This document shows positions 22,085 to 33,982 of a DNA stretch of 64,000 bases, in pieces. A program made the translations under genes and the position numbers. The notes under the pieces were generated by a model. The model had not been told where the DNA came from, made no database searches, and worked only from the letters and a program-made list of their open reading frames with translations. Origin of the DNA: Rebecca billardiae RCC1528 (Eukaryota; Protista; Haptophyta); assembly GCA_965240325.2 (NCBI GenBank), contig OZ251244.1:1302001-1366000 (forward strand), read 5' to 3'. Numbering within the stretch: the first letter of the stretch is position 1; the number at the start of each line of letters is the position of its first letter.

Positions 22085-22760
22085 AGCCGGCTGGGCGGCA
22101 GCGAGGGTGGTGGGGATGGAGGCGGGCTCGGCGGCGGAGGCGGCGGAGGCGGGCTTGATAGCGGGCTCGGCGGCGGCGAGGATGGCAGGTTCAGTGCTGG
22201 CGATGACGGTTGGCTTGGCGGTGAGCTCGGCGGTGGCTGACGTGGCAGACTTGGCGGTGGGATCGGCTGCCGGCGGCTTGGTGGCAGCGGAGGCGGCGGC
22301 GACGGGATCGAGCTCGGCGGCGTGGTCGGAGGCGGTGCTGATGGCGGCGATGATGGTAGCGGGCTTGTTGGCAGCGATGTAGGCAGCGACGGCTGCGGGC
22401 TCAGCGGCGGGCTTTGTGGCGGCGATGTAGGTGGTGATGACGGTGGTGGGCTCAGCGGCGGGGTCGGTAGCGGCGACGGCAGCGGCAGGCTCGAGGTGGG
22501 CTTGGTGGCGGTGATGGCGGCCGGGCTCGGCTATGGACTTTGCGGCGGTGGGCTCGGGGGCGGAGTCGGTGGCGGCGAAGGTGGCGAACCCAGCGCTAGG
22601 CTTGGCGCTGGGGTGGAGGAGACGGGCTTGGTTGTCCGTGGTGGGCTTGGTGGCGGCGATTTGGCGATGATGGCTGTGAGCGGCGGAGTGGCCGTGAGCT
22701 CGGCAGAGGTGACGGTGGCTCGGGAACGGTGGCTGGCTCGGCGGCGGCTTCGGCGGCCGC
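22085..22760 (-). pseudogene. Decayed Ser/Pro-rich (SPPP/extensin-like) coding fragment inside element C
   Basis: The minus strand reads PPPPSPP-type repeats broken by frameshifts. Confidence 0.4.
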
Positions 22761-23861
22761 GACGGAGACGGGCTGTGAGGCGGCTAGGGCGGTGGTGTGG
22801 GATGGGATTACTGCGTCACTGTTGCCCTCGGTCAGAGCTTGGCGGGGACACAGCGCGGCCAAGCTCCGGGCGTTGGCGCTGCCGCCAGGTCGGCCGCAGG
22901 CCACCCACTCGTCGGCAAAGCTTGGGCGGCAGCGATGCCCAGACATGAAGGAGGGCACTGCGGGATCGCTGCGTCACCTCGGGAAGGCTGAGTCCATGAG
23001 AGAGATGATCGGCACTGCCCCGTCTGGTGGAGTTCGATGAGCTGACTTAGACTACTTTTGCGACCGTAGGCTGCTGCTCGGCCTTGTCAGAGTCGACATC
23101 CGACCTAGCGCCAGCGCGGCGCAGTACGTATCGATTGAGTCATTGCGCGGACCAGCAGCATGAGACGTCATCGCGACTCGGAGTTCGTCACGTGCCACTC
23201 AACCGCGTCCGACCCGCCCCACTGCCACCTTGGGCAAGCGCCTGCAGACGATACGGCGGGCCAGCATCATAAGCTGCGCTCCTGCTGAGTGCTGGCTGAT
23301 GATGACTGCGTCAGACGACTGCGCATTGCAGCCGCAGCCATACCGTACATACGCTCTCAGCGGGACTACGCGCGAGTTGTTCTGCCTTCTAGCGGTGCCG
23401 GCACGTGGCGCGACGATTCTGGCGTCATTATCACTTGACGACTCGACTGATCACGACGAGTGGCCCTTCTCAAGCAAGTGCAGCAGCATTAGAAGTATAG
23501 CCTACACTCGTCCGTCATCGTCTGGTTCCCCTGAGAAGTCTTCTGCTGGAATGCATCAGCGACATGCTCCCGCAGCCTGGTCAGTGGTCCAAGCCAGTCA
23601 CATCCGGCAGCCTGACATCATCCCACATGCCGCGTGGGCAGAGAGGCGCGCTATGCCCACGCGACTGGCTTCCTAGAAGCTGCCGTGACGGAACGAGTGT
23701 CAGCAGTGGACCGCCGGCCGGTGCCGCGCGCCGCACCGCCGGGCCCAATGGCAACGAACACCCAGGTGGCCTGCGGTGCGGCCCTAGGCTAGTGCGGCGG
23801 ATCTATCGCGTATAGAACGACCGGCCGTGACGCGCTCTGCACCACGTACATTCGGACGCGG

Positions 23862-25509
23862 CAATGAGCAGCATGCACCACCGTCCGGCCGTCTCAGGTC
23901 GCTGTCGTCGGCAGCCAGCCGGTGCCGGGCACGGTGGCGCCGGGCGCTCGTAGCTGAAGGACCGCGATCAAGGATTGATTGCCAAGTCGTCAGCCGACGA
24001 CTGGGAAGTTGAGCCTGATGCTGCCTGCTGCCGGTTCGCGGGACGAATGACGAGCAGCCTATGGCCCGTGAACCTGCGTCAGCTCCTAGAACTCTTCCAG
24101 ACGTGGTGAGGATATCCCTCACGAACTCAGCCCTCTCGCGCTGACGCAGCGCGTCTTGCGGCCTGCTGCGTGCCGCGAGCTATCGGACAGCGCGGCCCGC
24201 CGGCCGCGGGCCTTGGGCGGCGGGTCGACGGCTCCAGGCGGCTGCGGAGGACGCGGAGGCCGGTCGCATCCCGGCCAAGGCGTGGGCATCGGCCCGGCGG
24301 CTGGGCCCGTCAGCACGCCGGCAAGCGCTCTGATGCCACTCGAGACTGGCTGCCGAGCTGTCGCGCAACCGTGCCCGGCAAGACACGTGGGTCCGCGCCG
24401 AGCGTTCACCGGCCTCCGAACCCGCGCACGCCTCCCAGACCAGGGCCAGGGCACGCGCCGTCGAGCTGCCCAGCCGCAAGCAGCTCGACAGCCCCGCTGT
24501 GTGCGCGCGCGCCTGCCGGTCCGTCTGCTGCCCGCTCGAGGGCGAGCACGCGGCGCCTCACCTGTCGACCACGACAGCGCGCCTCGCGTGCACACTCTGA
24601 TGGCGAGGCCCGGGATCTGGGCAGGCGATGGCACTACCCGCGCCTCCGCCAAGTCTCGGCCTGGCCGAGCCTGCCACAACGAGCAGCATGCACCACAGTC
24701 CGGCCGTCTCAGGTCACTGTCGTCGGCAGCCAGCATTCGCCGGGCGCGATGGCGCCGGGCGCTCGCGCGCGATCAAGGATTGATTGCCATCATAATGATA
24801 AGTCGTCAGCCGTCGACTGGGAAGCTGAGCCTGATGCTGCCCGCTGCCGGGTCGCGGGACGAATAACGAGCAGCCTACGGTCCGTGAACCTGCGTTAGCT
24901 CCTAGAACGCTTTCAGACGTGGTGAGGATCTCCCTCACGACCTCAGCCCTCTCGCGCTGACGCAGCGCGTCCGCTGCCACTCTACGGCCCTGCTTCCTGC
25001 TGCGTGCCGCGAGCTCTCGGACAGCCCGGCCCGCCGGCCGCGGGCCGTGGGCAGCGGGTCGACGGCTCCAGGCGGCTGCGGAGGACGCGGATGCCGGTCG
25101 CATCCCGGCCAAGGCGTGGGCATCGGCCCGGCGGCTGAGCCCGCCAGCACGCCGGCAAGCGCTCTGATGCCACTCAGCCTCGAGACTGGCTGCAGAGCTG
25201 TCGCGCAACCGTGCCCGGCAAGACACGTGGGTCCGCGCCGAGCGTTCACCGGCCTCCGAACCCGCGCACGCCTCCCAGACCAGGGCCAGGGCACGCGCCG
25301 TCGAGCTGCCCAGCCGGAAGCAGCTCGACAGCCCCGCTGTGTGCGCGCGCGCCTGCCGGTATGTCCGCTGCCCGCTCGAGGGCGAGCACGCGGCGCCTCA
25401 CCTGTCGACCACGACAGCGCGCCTCGCGTGCACACTCTGACGGCGAGGCCCGGGATCTGGGCAGGCGATGGCACTACCCGCGCCTCCGCCAAGTCTCGGC
25501 CTGGCCGAG
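23862..25509 (+). repeat. Tandem duplication of an approximately 810-830-bp unit (23862-24669 and 24677-25509)
   Basis: Both units start CAA(T/C)GAGCAGCATGCACCAC and end AAGTCTCGGCCTGGCCGAG. Confidence 0.85.
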
Positions 25510-25912
25510 GGGCACAACACCGGCCGAGCCCTCGGCCCGGCGCGCCGCCGCCAGCCTGTGCTGAAAAGCCCAAGCCGTGCGCGGCAGGCCTGCGCGTGCG
25601 AGCGGCGATGGGCGTGGGCGGCGTTGCGCGGCGCGAAGTGGGCCAGGGGCATGTCAGCCTCGACTCCGCCGCGTCGCGCGCGGCCGAGCGCGCGCTCTGC
25701 GCGCGGGGCGCGCGACGCGAGGCGGGCGCTCGCGCACGCACGCGGCCATCCCATCCAGCGCCAACGGGCGGCGCCAGCGGAGGGACCTTCACTCGTCGAA
25801 CGTGTGAAGGTCCCTCGAGACGTGTGAAGGTCCCAGTGGGAGGGACCTTCACACGAGTCCGAGTTCGGCCGTGCTCCCTCAGCCAGTGGCCTTGCCAGTG
25901 CGGGACTGAACG

Positions 25913-26590
25913 ATGGCAGTGCCGGTGGCCGGCCGTTCCCCGGCGCCGCAATCTGTGGTCGCGGTGGTGCTGCTGGGGTTGCAGCTCGTCCGCTCCGCGT
26001 CGCCCGGCGTCCGCGTCGCCTTCTCGGCATGCTATGAGGAGCCCTCGGCCGACCGGCCGATCACCGCCTGGCTGCACGCGCGAGTCGGCCCCGGCTTCAC
26101 AGTCGGCTCGTGCGCTCGAGCGTGCGCGGCGTACCGGCTCATGGCGCTGCAGGGCGGCGAGTGCTTCTGCTCCGACGCGCTGCTCGCTCCTGGCGGCACG
26201 CGGCGTTCGCGCGACGCCTGCGGCGATGCCTGCCCGCGGGAGGAAGCCCAGCCGGGCGCGGACTCGCTCCCCTGGCCGTGCGGACTGGCAAGCCGCGCCG
26301 CCGTCTACCAGCTGACACGCGTCGCCGCGGACGACACGCACGCGGTTTCGTCAACGTCCCTGGGCGCGTCCGGCCCGACGCGGCAGCAGACGGCGGATGA
26401 CAGCGCGCTGAGCGTGGCGATGCACGTGGGCGCCCCGCTCGCGTGCTGGCTGCTCGCCGCCGCCTTTGCGCTTGTGGTGCGCCGCGTGTGGCGGCGGCGG
26501 CCGGTGTACCCGCTTGCGGATGCAGACGGCTCAGTGGCTGCGACGGCTGGTGATGGCGCATGGGGGCATGGCGCGAGTCCACGCGTATGA
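25913..26590 (+). CDS. Small WSC-domain type I membrane protein
   Basis: Signal peptide VVAVVLLGLQL, then ACYEE...TVGSCARAC...LQGGECFCS...C...C...PCG...AAVY, then a TM helix followed by RRVWRRR. Confidence 0.8.
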   Translation: MAVPVAGRSPAPQSVVAVVLLGLQLVRSASPGVRVAFSACYEEPSADRPITAWLHARVGPGFTVGSCARACAAYRLMALQGGECFCSDALLAPGGTRRSRDACGDACPREEAQPGADSLPWPCGLASRAAVYQLTRVAADDTHAVSSTSLGASGPTRQQTADDSALSVAMHVGAPLACWLLAAAFALVVRRVWRRRPVYPLADADGSVAATAGDGAWGHGASPRV

Positions 26591-26891
26591 TCACGATTTC
26601 GCGAACTGAGCAATGCAGTACGGGCCCGAGCCGAGGCGCCGAGAGTGCTGCGCGCCACGTCAGCCCGATCTGTGCCGCGCCGCGGCGTGCTGAGAGCCGC
26701 CTGCTGGCCGCTGTGGCGCGGCACTACCTACTGTGGCGCGGGCGGCCGTCAGCCCGTCGCGTACGGTCTACGGCGCGTGGATCAGACGACCTTCGTCGAC
26801 GATACCATATATGCTGCTGGCGGTGATGACCGCGGCCACGCGACTCGTCTCTGCGCTCTATCTCATCTCTCTCGTCGTCTCTCTCTAGCTC

Positions 26892-26892
<1 letters not shown>

Positions 26893-26928
<36 letters not shown>
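26893..26928 (+). repeat. (TC)n microsatellite
   Basis: Direct reading of the sequence. Confidence 0.95.
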
Positions 26929-26931
<3 letters not shown>

Positions 26932-27045
26932 ATAGATCGACGGCGCGCGGCGGTCGTATATATATATTATATGCAGCACGACAGTATAGCGCTGTGAACG
27001 TTAGCAGCAGTAAGTAACTCCGCAGCAGCGGCCTCCGCGCCGCCC

Positions 27046-28845
27046 TCAGCACGCGGCGGCCGTCGCGACGGCGCGGGACGACGCGTCGGCGCGCGCGCAC
27101 ACGTCGGCACGCAGCCGGGCGGGTGATGGCGCGTCGTCGCCGTCGCCGCCGTGCGCGCGTCCGCCCTCGAGCTGCTCGAGCTTGCGCTCCAGCGCCGCGT
27201 CGCACCGGCCGAGCACGAGCGCGCTCGCGCCGAGCAGCGCGAGCGCGCCCCCGAGCAGCACCCACAGTCCGGGCAGCGCGCGCGCGGAGACGGCGAAGCA
27301 TCGCGTGTCGCCGCCGAGGAGGTCGGCGGCGTGCGCGGCGAGCAGCGCGTCGAGCGCGTCGCAGCGGCCGCGGAGGACGTACGCGCCGAGCCGCTCGAGC
27401 TCGGACGCCGCCGCGAGCAGCGCGAGGCCCAGCACGTCCGCCGCCGCCAGCGCGTCCAGCAGCTGCGCCGCGTGCAAAGCAAACGCCTGCGCGCGCGCCG
27501 GCAGCGGCGCCAACCATAGAGCGAGCAGCGCGGGCGGCAGCAGCAGCGGCGCGAGAACATGCAGCCCAAAGTACGCGCCCGCGAGCGCGGCGCGCGCGCC
27601 GACGGGCGCGAGGCCCGCCGCGGCGGGCAGCGCGCGCCCGAGGCCCCACACCGAGAACTCGCGCCGCGCGCGGCCGCCTAGGTCGCCCATTGGGTTAGGG
27701 TTAGGGTTAGGGTTAGGGGGGGTAGGGTTAGGGTTGCGGCCTCCCAGCAGCAGCGCGGCCAGGCCGTGGAATTCGACGCGGAAGGAATCGAGCGCGAGGC
27801 CGGCGCAGAGCGCGCCGAGCGCGAGCGGGAGCGCGCAGAGCGCGCAGTGCAGCCGCGCCGCCGCGCGCCGCGGCCGCGCGTGCGCAGGCGCGCACGCGCG
27901 CAGCGACGCCCACCGCGCGCCGCCGCGCGCCGCCGAGGCCGGCGCGGCGGCCGCGGGGGCGGCCATGGCGCCGCCGGCGGCGGCGTCGGCGTCGGGGGCG
28001 GGCGCGTCGCCGTCGGCGGGTGCGGGCGCGGGCGGCTCCGCCGCGCCTGCGCGTGGCCGTGGCGAGACGGCGCCCTCCGCTGCTGCCGCCGGCGCCGCGC
28101 CGCCGCGCTCGCCCTCGCCCTCGCCCTCCTCCGCGGCCGCGACGGCCGGCGGCGCCGCGGCCGCCGCCGCGCGGCGCGCGCGCCGCTCGGCCGCGGCGGC
28201 CACCGCGACACAGCCGTGCGAGAGGGCGATGGAGGCGAGGGTGGTGCCGAGCAGGCCGTACAGCCCGCGCGCCGGGAGCACGTGCACGGAGAGCTCGCCG
28301 AGCGGCGCGCTGCCCTCCGGCAGCCACGCCGCCGGCAGCTCGATCCGAAGCCAGAACGCAACGGCCGCCACCTCGATGACGGTTACGTCGAGTAACGACA
28401 TTTTGCCCAGCGCGTGCAGCCAGCGCAGGATGGCTGCCGCGTGCGCGCGCGGCAGCGCGCTGCCGGGCGCGAGCCAGCACGCGAGCACGCACGCGAGCTT
28501 GAGCACGGGCCACACGCCCGAGAACGCCGCGAGCGCCACGCCCACCGGCGCCAGCCCGTCGCGCGCCATGTCCGCCATGAGGCCAGCCAGCGAGAATTCG
28601 TAAAGCGGCGGCGGTCTGTAGTCAACGCCGAGAGGCGCCGAGTGCAGCCGGAGGACGAGCGCCGCGGAGGTCTGCGTGTTCGACCAGCAGAAGGCGCAGA
28701 GCGCGCACAGCGCGCACGCCGTCACGCCGAAGCCCACCGCCGGGCTCACCTCCGCCGCGAGCGAGCCGCGCAGCGCGCGCGCGAGCGCGGCGCGCGCGCG
28801 CGCGCGGCGCGCGCGCGCTGCGCCGAGCCACGACTGCCGGGCAGG

Positions 28846-28886
<41 letters not shown>

Positions 28887-31800
28887 CGCCGTCGCCGCCG
28901 GCGGCTGGGCGGCACGCGCTGGCGCCGGCGTGCCGCGCGGCCTCCACGTCGGCGTGCGGCGTGCGCGCCGTCCCCAACGCCGCCGCCGCCGCCGCCGCTG
29001 CCACCGCGTCGGCGTCGATGTCGCGCCCTGCGCCGCCGCTGCCTAGGTTAGGGTTAGGGTTAGGGTTAGGGTTAGGGTCGAGCGGGCGCGCGCGGCGGCG
29101 CCAGCGCCGGAGCCAGAGAGCGTACCCGCCGCACGCGGCGCACGCCGCGGCGCCGAGCGCGGCGAGGAGCACGGCCGTCGCCGTCTGCACGCCGCCCGCC
29201 CCGCCCGCCGCCTCCGCCTCCGCGCCCGCCGCCTCCGGCGCCGCCTCGGGCCCGCCATCGCCGCACGCCGCGCGCGCGCGCTCGATCGCCGCGCGCAGCG
29301 CCGAGTTGATTGCGGGCGTTACCCATGTGGGTAGCGCGAGCGCCAGCGCGTCGCTGAGCGCCGCGCCGAGCAGGTCCTCGTCGGTCGCGGCGAGCCCGTC
29401 GCGCAGCGCCTCGAGCCGCACGCCGCGGCCGTCTCTGGCGGCGCCCGCCGTTTCCGCCGCGCGGCCGCCGCCGGCGGCGCCGTCGGCGGCGGCGGCGGCG
29501 CCGCCGCGCGGCGTCGGTGGCGGCACGCCGGTGCCGGCGGCGGCGGCGAGCGCCGTCCCGGACGATCGGGTTTCGTCAAGCGAGAGCCGGGCGGCGCCGA
29601 CGCTCGCGTCGAGCTGCGTGAGCGCGGCGGAGTGCACGCTCGCGAGCACGCACGCCCAGCCGCCACCGCCGCCCCCTGCCTCGCCGCCGCCGCCGCCCTC
29701 CGCGCCCGCCTCGCCGCCGCCGCCGAGCAGCGAGCTCAGTGGCACAGCGTGGAGCGCCGCGCGGCGCACGCGCGCGTCCAGCCCGAGCGCGAGGCGCAGC
29801 CGGCGCAGCTCGAGCGTGGCGCGCGCGCCCATGTCCAGCGCGAGCGAGCCGCCGCCGCCGCCGTCCGCGCGCGCACCCTGCAGCAGCACACGCACGGCGG
29901 CGGACGCGCTCAGCGGCCGCCGGGCGCGCGCGCGCGCCGCGTCGGCGGCGGCGTCGGCGGCGGCGGCTGCTACCGCGGAGTGCTGCCGGCCGTCCTCGGG
30001 CTCGTCGCCGAGCGTGAGCTCGGACGCGAGCACGCGCGGCCGCCCGCTCGGCCCCCCCTCCGGCCGGACCGGACTCGTCCGCACCGGACTCGTCCGCACC
30101 GGACTCGTCCGCACCGGACTGAGTAAGTCAAGGGTACCCACGGTATCTAGTCCGCGCACGCGGCCGTCGGCGACGCGCGCGGCCGCGCGGCCGACGCCGC
30201 CGCCGAGCGAGCCGCGCGCGCGGCCGAGCTCGCCAGGGAGGTCGAGGCCGCCGCTCGCGCCGTCCGCGGGCGCGCACGGCCGCGCGCGCTGCGCCGCGGA
30301 CGCCGCCTCCGCCGAGTCCTCCCACGGCGACGAGGCCGCGACCGCGCCCTCGCCCGGCCGCGCCTCACGCGGCGGCGGCGGCGGCGGCGGGCTTAGCATC
30401 TCTGGCAGTGCCGCGCGCAGCAGCGCGTTCAGCCGAGCCGGCCCGAGCAGCTGCTGGCTGAGCGTGCGCAGCGCGGCAAGCGGCGGGTAGGCGGGCCACT
30501 CGATCAGCTCGGTCTCGTCAGCGGCCGCCGCCGCCTCGCACGCGGCGGCGGGTGCCGCCGTCCGGTTGGCCGCCGCGCCGCCGCCGCCGCCGCCGCCACC
30601 GTCGGCGTCGGCGTCGGCGGACGTGGCCAGCATGGCCGCCGCCGCGCGCGCGGCGATGCCTCGCGCCTCGTCGGCCGCGAGCAGCCACTCGGCGAGGGCG
30701 GGCAGCGCGCGCTCGGGGTACGCCTCGCCCAGCGTGCGCGCCGCCTCGTCCAGCGCCTCCGCCAGCGCCGCCGCGCCGCCCTCGTCCGAGCCCGCCGCGG
30801 CGCTCAGCAGTCGAACGCGCGCGCCGCGCACCGCGCCGCTCGCGCTCAGCGCCCGCAGCTGAATCAGAGGCGTATCCGGGGCGGGAGGCCGGGCGCGGGC
30901 GCACGGGCGCGGCGTGGTAGGGCTGCCGTCGGTGTCCCCGCTGCGCCCGTCCCGAGGCGCCGCCGCCGCCTCCTCGCCGAAGAGCACGCGGGTCACGTCG
31001 CCCAGAGTCAGCCCTGCCTCAGGCTCGGCGCCGCCGCCGCCGCCGCCGCGCGCCGCCGCCTCCGCCTCCGCCTCCGCCTCCGCTGCGGCGGCGCGCGGCG
31101 CGGGCGCGGAGGTGTTGATGGCGACGAGGGCGGTGGCGCCGAGGGCGGGCTGGAGGAGGCGGAGCTCGAGGGCGAGGCGCGCACACAGCCACGCCGGTCC
31201 CGACCCCTCCGACCCCCGCCGGCGCAGCTCGAGCCGAACCGTCGCGCTCACGCCAAGCTCGGCCAACGCGGCGCGCGCCGACACGCTCTGCGCCTGCGCG
31301 GGCACGGGCAGCAGCGGCTGCAGCGCGCGCAGGCTGCCGAGGCCTCGGAGCTCGAGCGCCTCGAGGCCGAGGGAGGCGGTGCCCATGCCGAGCGGGAGCT
31401 CGGCTCGCTCGAGCACTGCCCATGCCGCCGCCGCCTCCGGCCCCGGCCGCTCCGCCGCGGCGGCGGCGGCGGCGGCTTCAGCCTCCGAGCCGGACGGTCC
31501 GGGAGCGGTCCGGGAGCGCTCCGGGACGGCGGCGGCTTCCGCAGCCGCAGCCATCCGAGACTCGGATGGCGGCGGCGCTGGCGCGAGGCGCAATGTGCCG
31601 CCGCGGCCGAGGGCGAGCTCGGCCGCGCTTGCGCCGAGCTCGGCGGCGACGTCGGCGCCGAGGCGGGCGACGACGCGCTCGGCGGCGGCGGCGAGGCCGG
31701 TGAGGTTGAGCGCGCCGCGGATGTGCCGCGGCGCCGGCGCGCGCACCGCGGGCACCGCCTCGTCGCAGCCGCGCGCGCCGGCGCGCGCCGCGTCGGCCGC

Positions 31801-33394
31801 GGCCTCGAGCCATCCGTCGGCGAGCGCCGCGGCCGGCGCCGCGACCGCCGCCTCGGCGAGGCCGGCGAGGAAGGGCGTGAGCTCGGCGGCGGCGGCGTGG
31901 AGCAGCGCGAGCACGGCGCCGCGCAGCGCTGACCACAGACCCGCCGCGCCCTCCGCCGCGCGCACGTCTGTTCCGAGCAGCTCCAGCCGCCGCACGCCGA
32001 TCGAGCCGACGCGCGCGCCGACGGCGCGCACGCGCGGCGGCCGCGCGGCCGCGCCGAGCGCGCCGCCGAGCGCGCACGCCGCGGCGCGCGCGGCGGTCGG
32101 GTGCGCGAGGAGCGCGGCGGGCGCGGTGCGCCGGCGCAGCTCGGCCGCGCACAGCGGCACCTCCGCGCGCGCGCCCAGCGCCACGTCGCGCAGCTCGACC
32201 TCAATCTGCATGCCGCTGAGCAGTGGCACCCAGGCAGAGTTGTCGGCGGCGGCGGCGGCGCCGTCGCCATCGCCGCCCGCCGCGCCGGGCGCGGGGCCGG
32301 TGCCGTTCTTGGCTGAAGTATCGTTCGCTGGCGGGTGTGGCGGCGGCGCCGCCGCGCCGGCCGCGCCGGCCGCGCGCTGCGATGGCGCGCCGTGCTCGTC
32401 GGCTGCGAGGAGCGCCCACCGCGCCGCGCCGACTGCGCCCCCCGCCCCTCCGTCGGCGGCGGCCGCGGCGGCCGCTGCAGACTCAGCAGAGCCCGCGGCT
32501 GCGGCCGTTCCGTTGAGAATCTCGAGAGAAAGAACGGCGCGCACGCTGAGCGCTCGAAGCGCGAGGCTTGCATCCAGCTCGGTTAAGCCCGGCGGCGGCG
32601 CGTGCCGGAGGAGGTCGCCGGCCCCGCCCGCGCCGCCGGGGCCGGGCTGGGCGGCGGCGGCGGTGCCGTTGGCGGCGCTGCGCCCGCCGCCGCCGCCCGC
32701 GCCCGCCGGCGGCGGCGCCGCGGCGTCCTCGGCTGCTCCGCCCTCATCGCCGCGCGGCGGGCTGGGCGGCAGTCTGCAGACCCGGACCTGCGCCCCGGAC
32801 TCCCCCCCCGACAAGCGGTGGAGTGGGGGTTGGTCCGGTGCGGTCCGGCTGCAGACTGGGATGGGCGGCTGACGGCACGAGCCTCGGGCTGTGCACCGTC
32901 TCGAGCCCGCCCAGCCGGAGCTCCCTCGCGACCAGCCGCAGCGCCCCAACCGCCGGGACGCCCCCGAGCGCGCCGAGCGCGCCGCCGAGCGCGCCGCGCG
33001 CCGCCTGCGGCGCGAGCGGCAGTAGTAGCGACGCGGAGGGCAGCGGCAGCTCGAGCGATGGCGGCGGCGATGGCGGCGGCTGCGCACCGGACTCGTCCGC
33101 ACCGGACTGTAGTGGCGACGGCGGCGGCTGCGCGTCCGACGAGTGGTTTGCAAGGCCGAGCGCGGTGCTGTTCTCGCCGCTCGCGCCGCGCGTCTCGTTG
33201 CCCCCGCCGCCGCCCTCGCCGCCGCCGGCGCCGCCGCCACCGTCGCCGCCGCTCAGCGCGCTTGCGAGCGCGCGCGCGGCGGTCGCGAGGTCGAGCGCGC
33301 CGCCCGCGCCGAGCAGCGCGCTCGCGGCGGCCGCGGCGGCCGTCGCGGCGGCCGAGTCGGCCCACGCGACGAGCGCCTCGTCCGGCGGCGCTGG

Positions 33395-33425
<31 letters not shown>

Positions 33426-33928
33426 GCCGAGGGCGGCAGCGCGCATTCGCTCTCTCGCGCGCGCGCCGCGTCGACCGCCGCGCGCAGCCGCGCTCGCACG
33501 AGCTCGCTGAGCGGGCCCGCCACCGCGCCCTCTGCGGCGGCGGCGAGCTGCGCCGCCCAGCGCGTCGTGACCACGTCGCCCACCGCGTTCGCCACGCCCA
33601 CCGCGTCCGCCCACAGCACCCCCGGCGCGTGCCCCTCGCCGCCACCCTCCGCGCCCGCGCCACCCTCCGCGCCCGCGCCACCCTCCGCGCCCGCGCCACC
33701 CTCCGCGCCCGCGCCCGCCGCCTCGGCGCCAGGCCCCGCGCCCAGCGCGCTCAGCCGCGCCCACAAGGAGCCCGGGCGCACGCTGGCGCGCGCGCGCACG
33801 AGCGTGAGGCGCTCCGTGTCCAGCGCGGCCAGGGCGCAGTCGAGCGCGAGGCGCGCGCCGCCGCCGGGGGTGCCGCCGCCCCCCTCGCCCGGCCCAGCGC
33901 CCTCCTCCGCCTCCGCCTCCGCCTCCGC

Positions 33929-33982
<54 letters not shown>

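Larger units (their letters stand above)
21199..25880. mobile_element. Non-autonomous long-TIR DNA element C (4.7 kb, about 850-bp TIRs, GAG...CTC termini)
   Basis: Near-identical inverted arms at about 21199-22047 and 25033-25880. AGCCA at 21194-21198 and 25881-25885; an alternative reading is a 7-bp CAGCCAG. Four GTGAAGGTCCC motifs in mixed orientation near each end. No transposase recognised inside. Confidence 0.85.
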
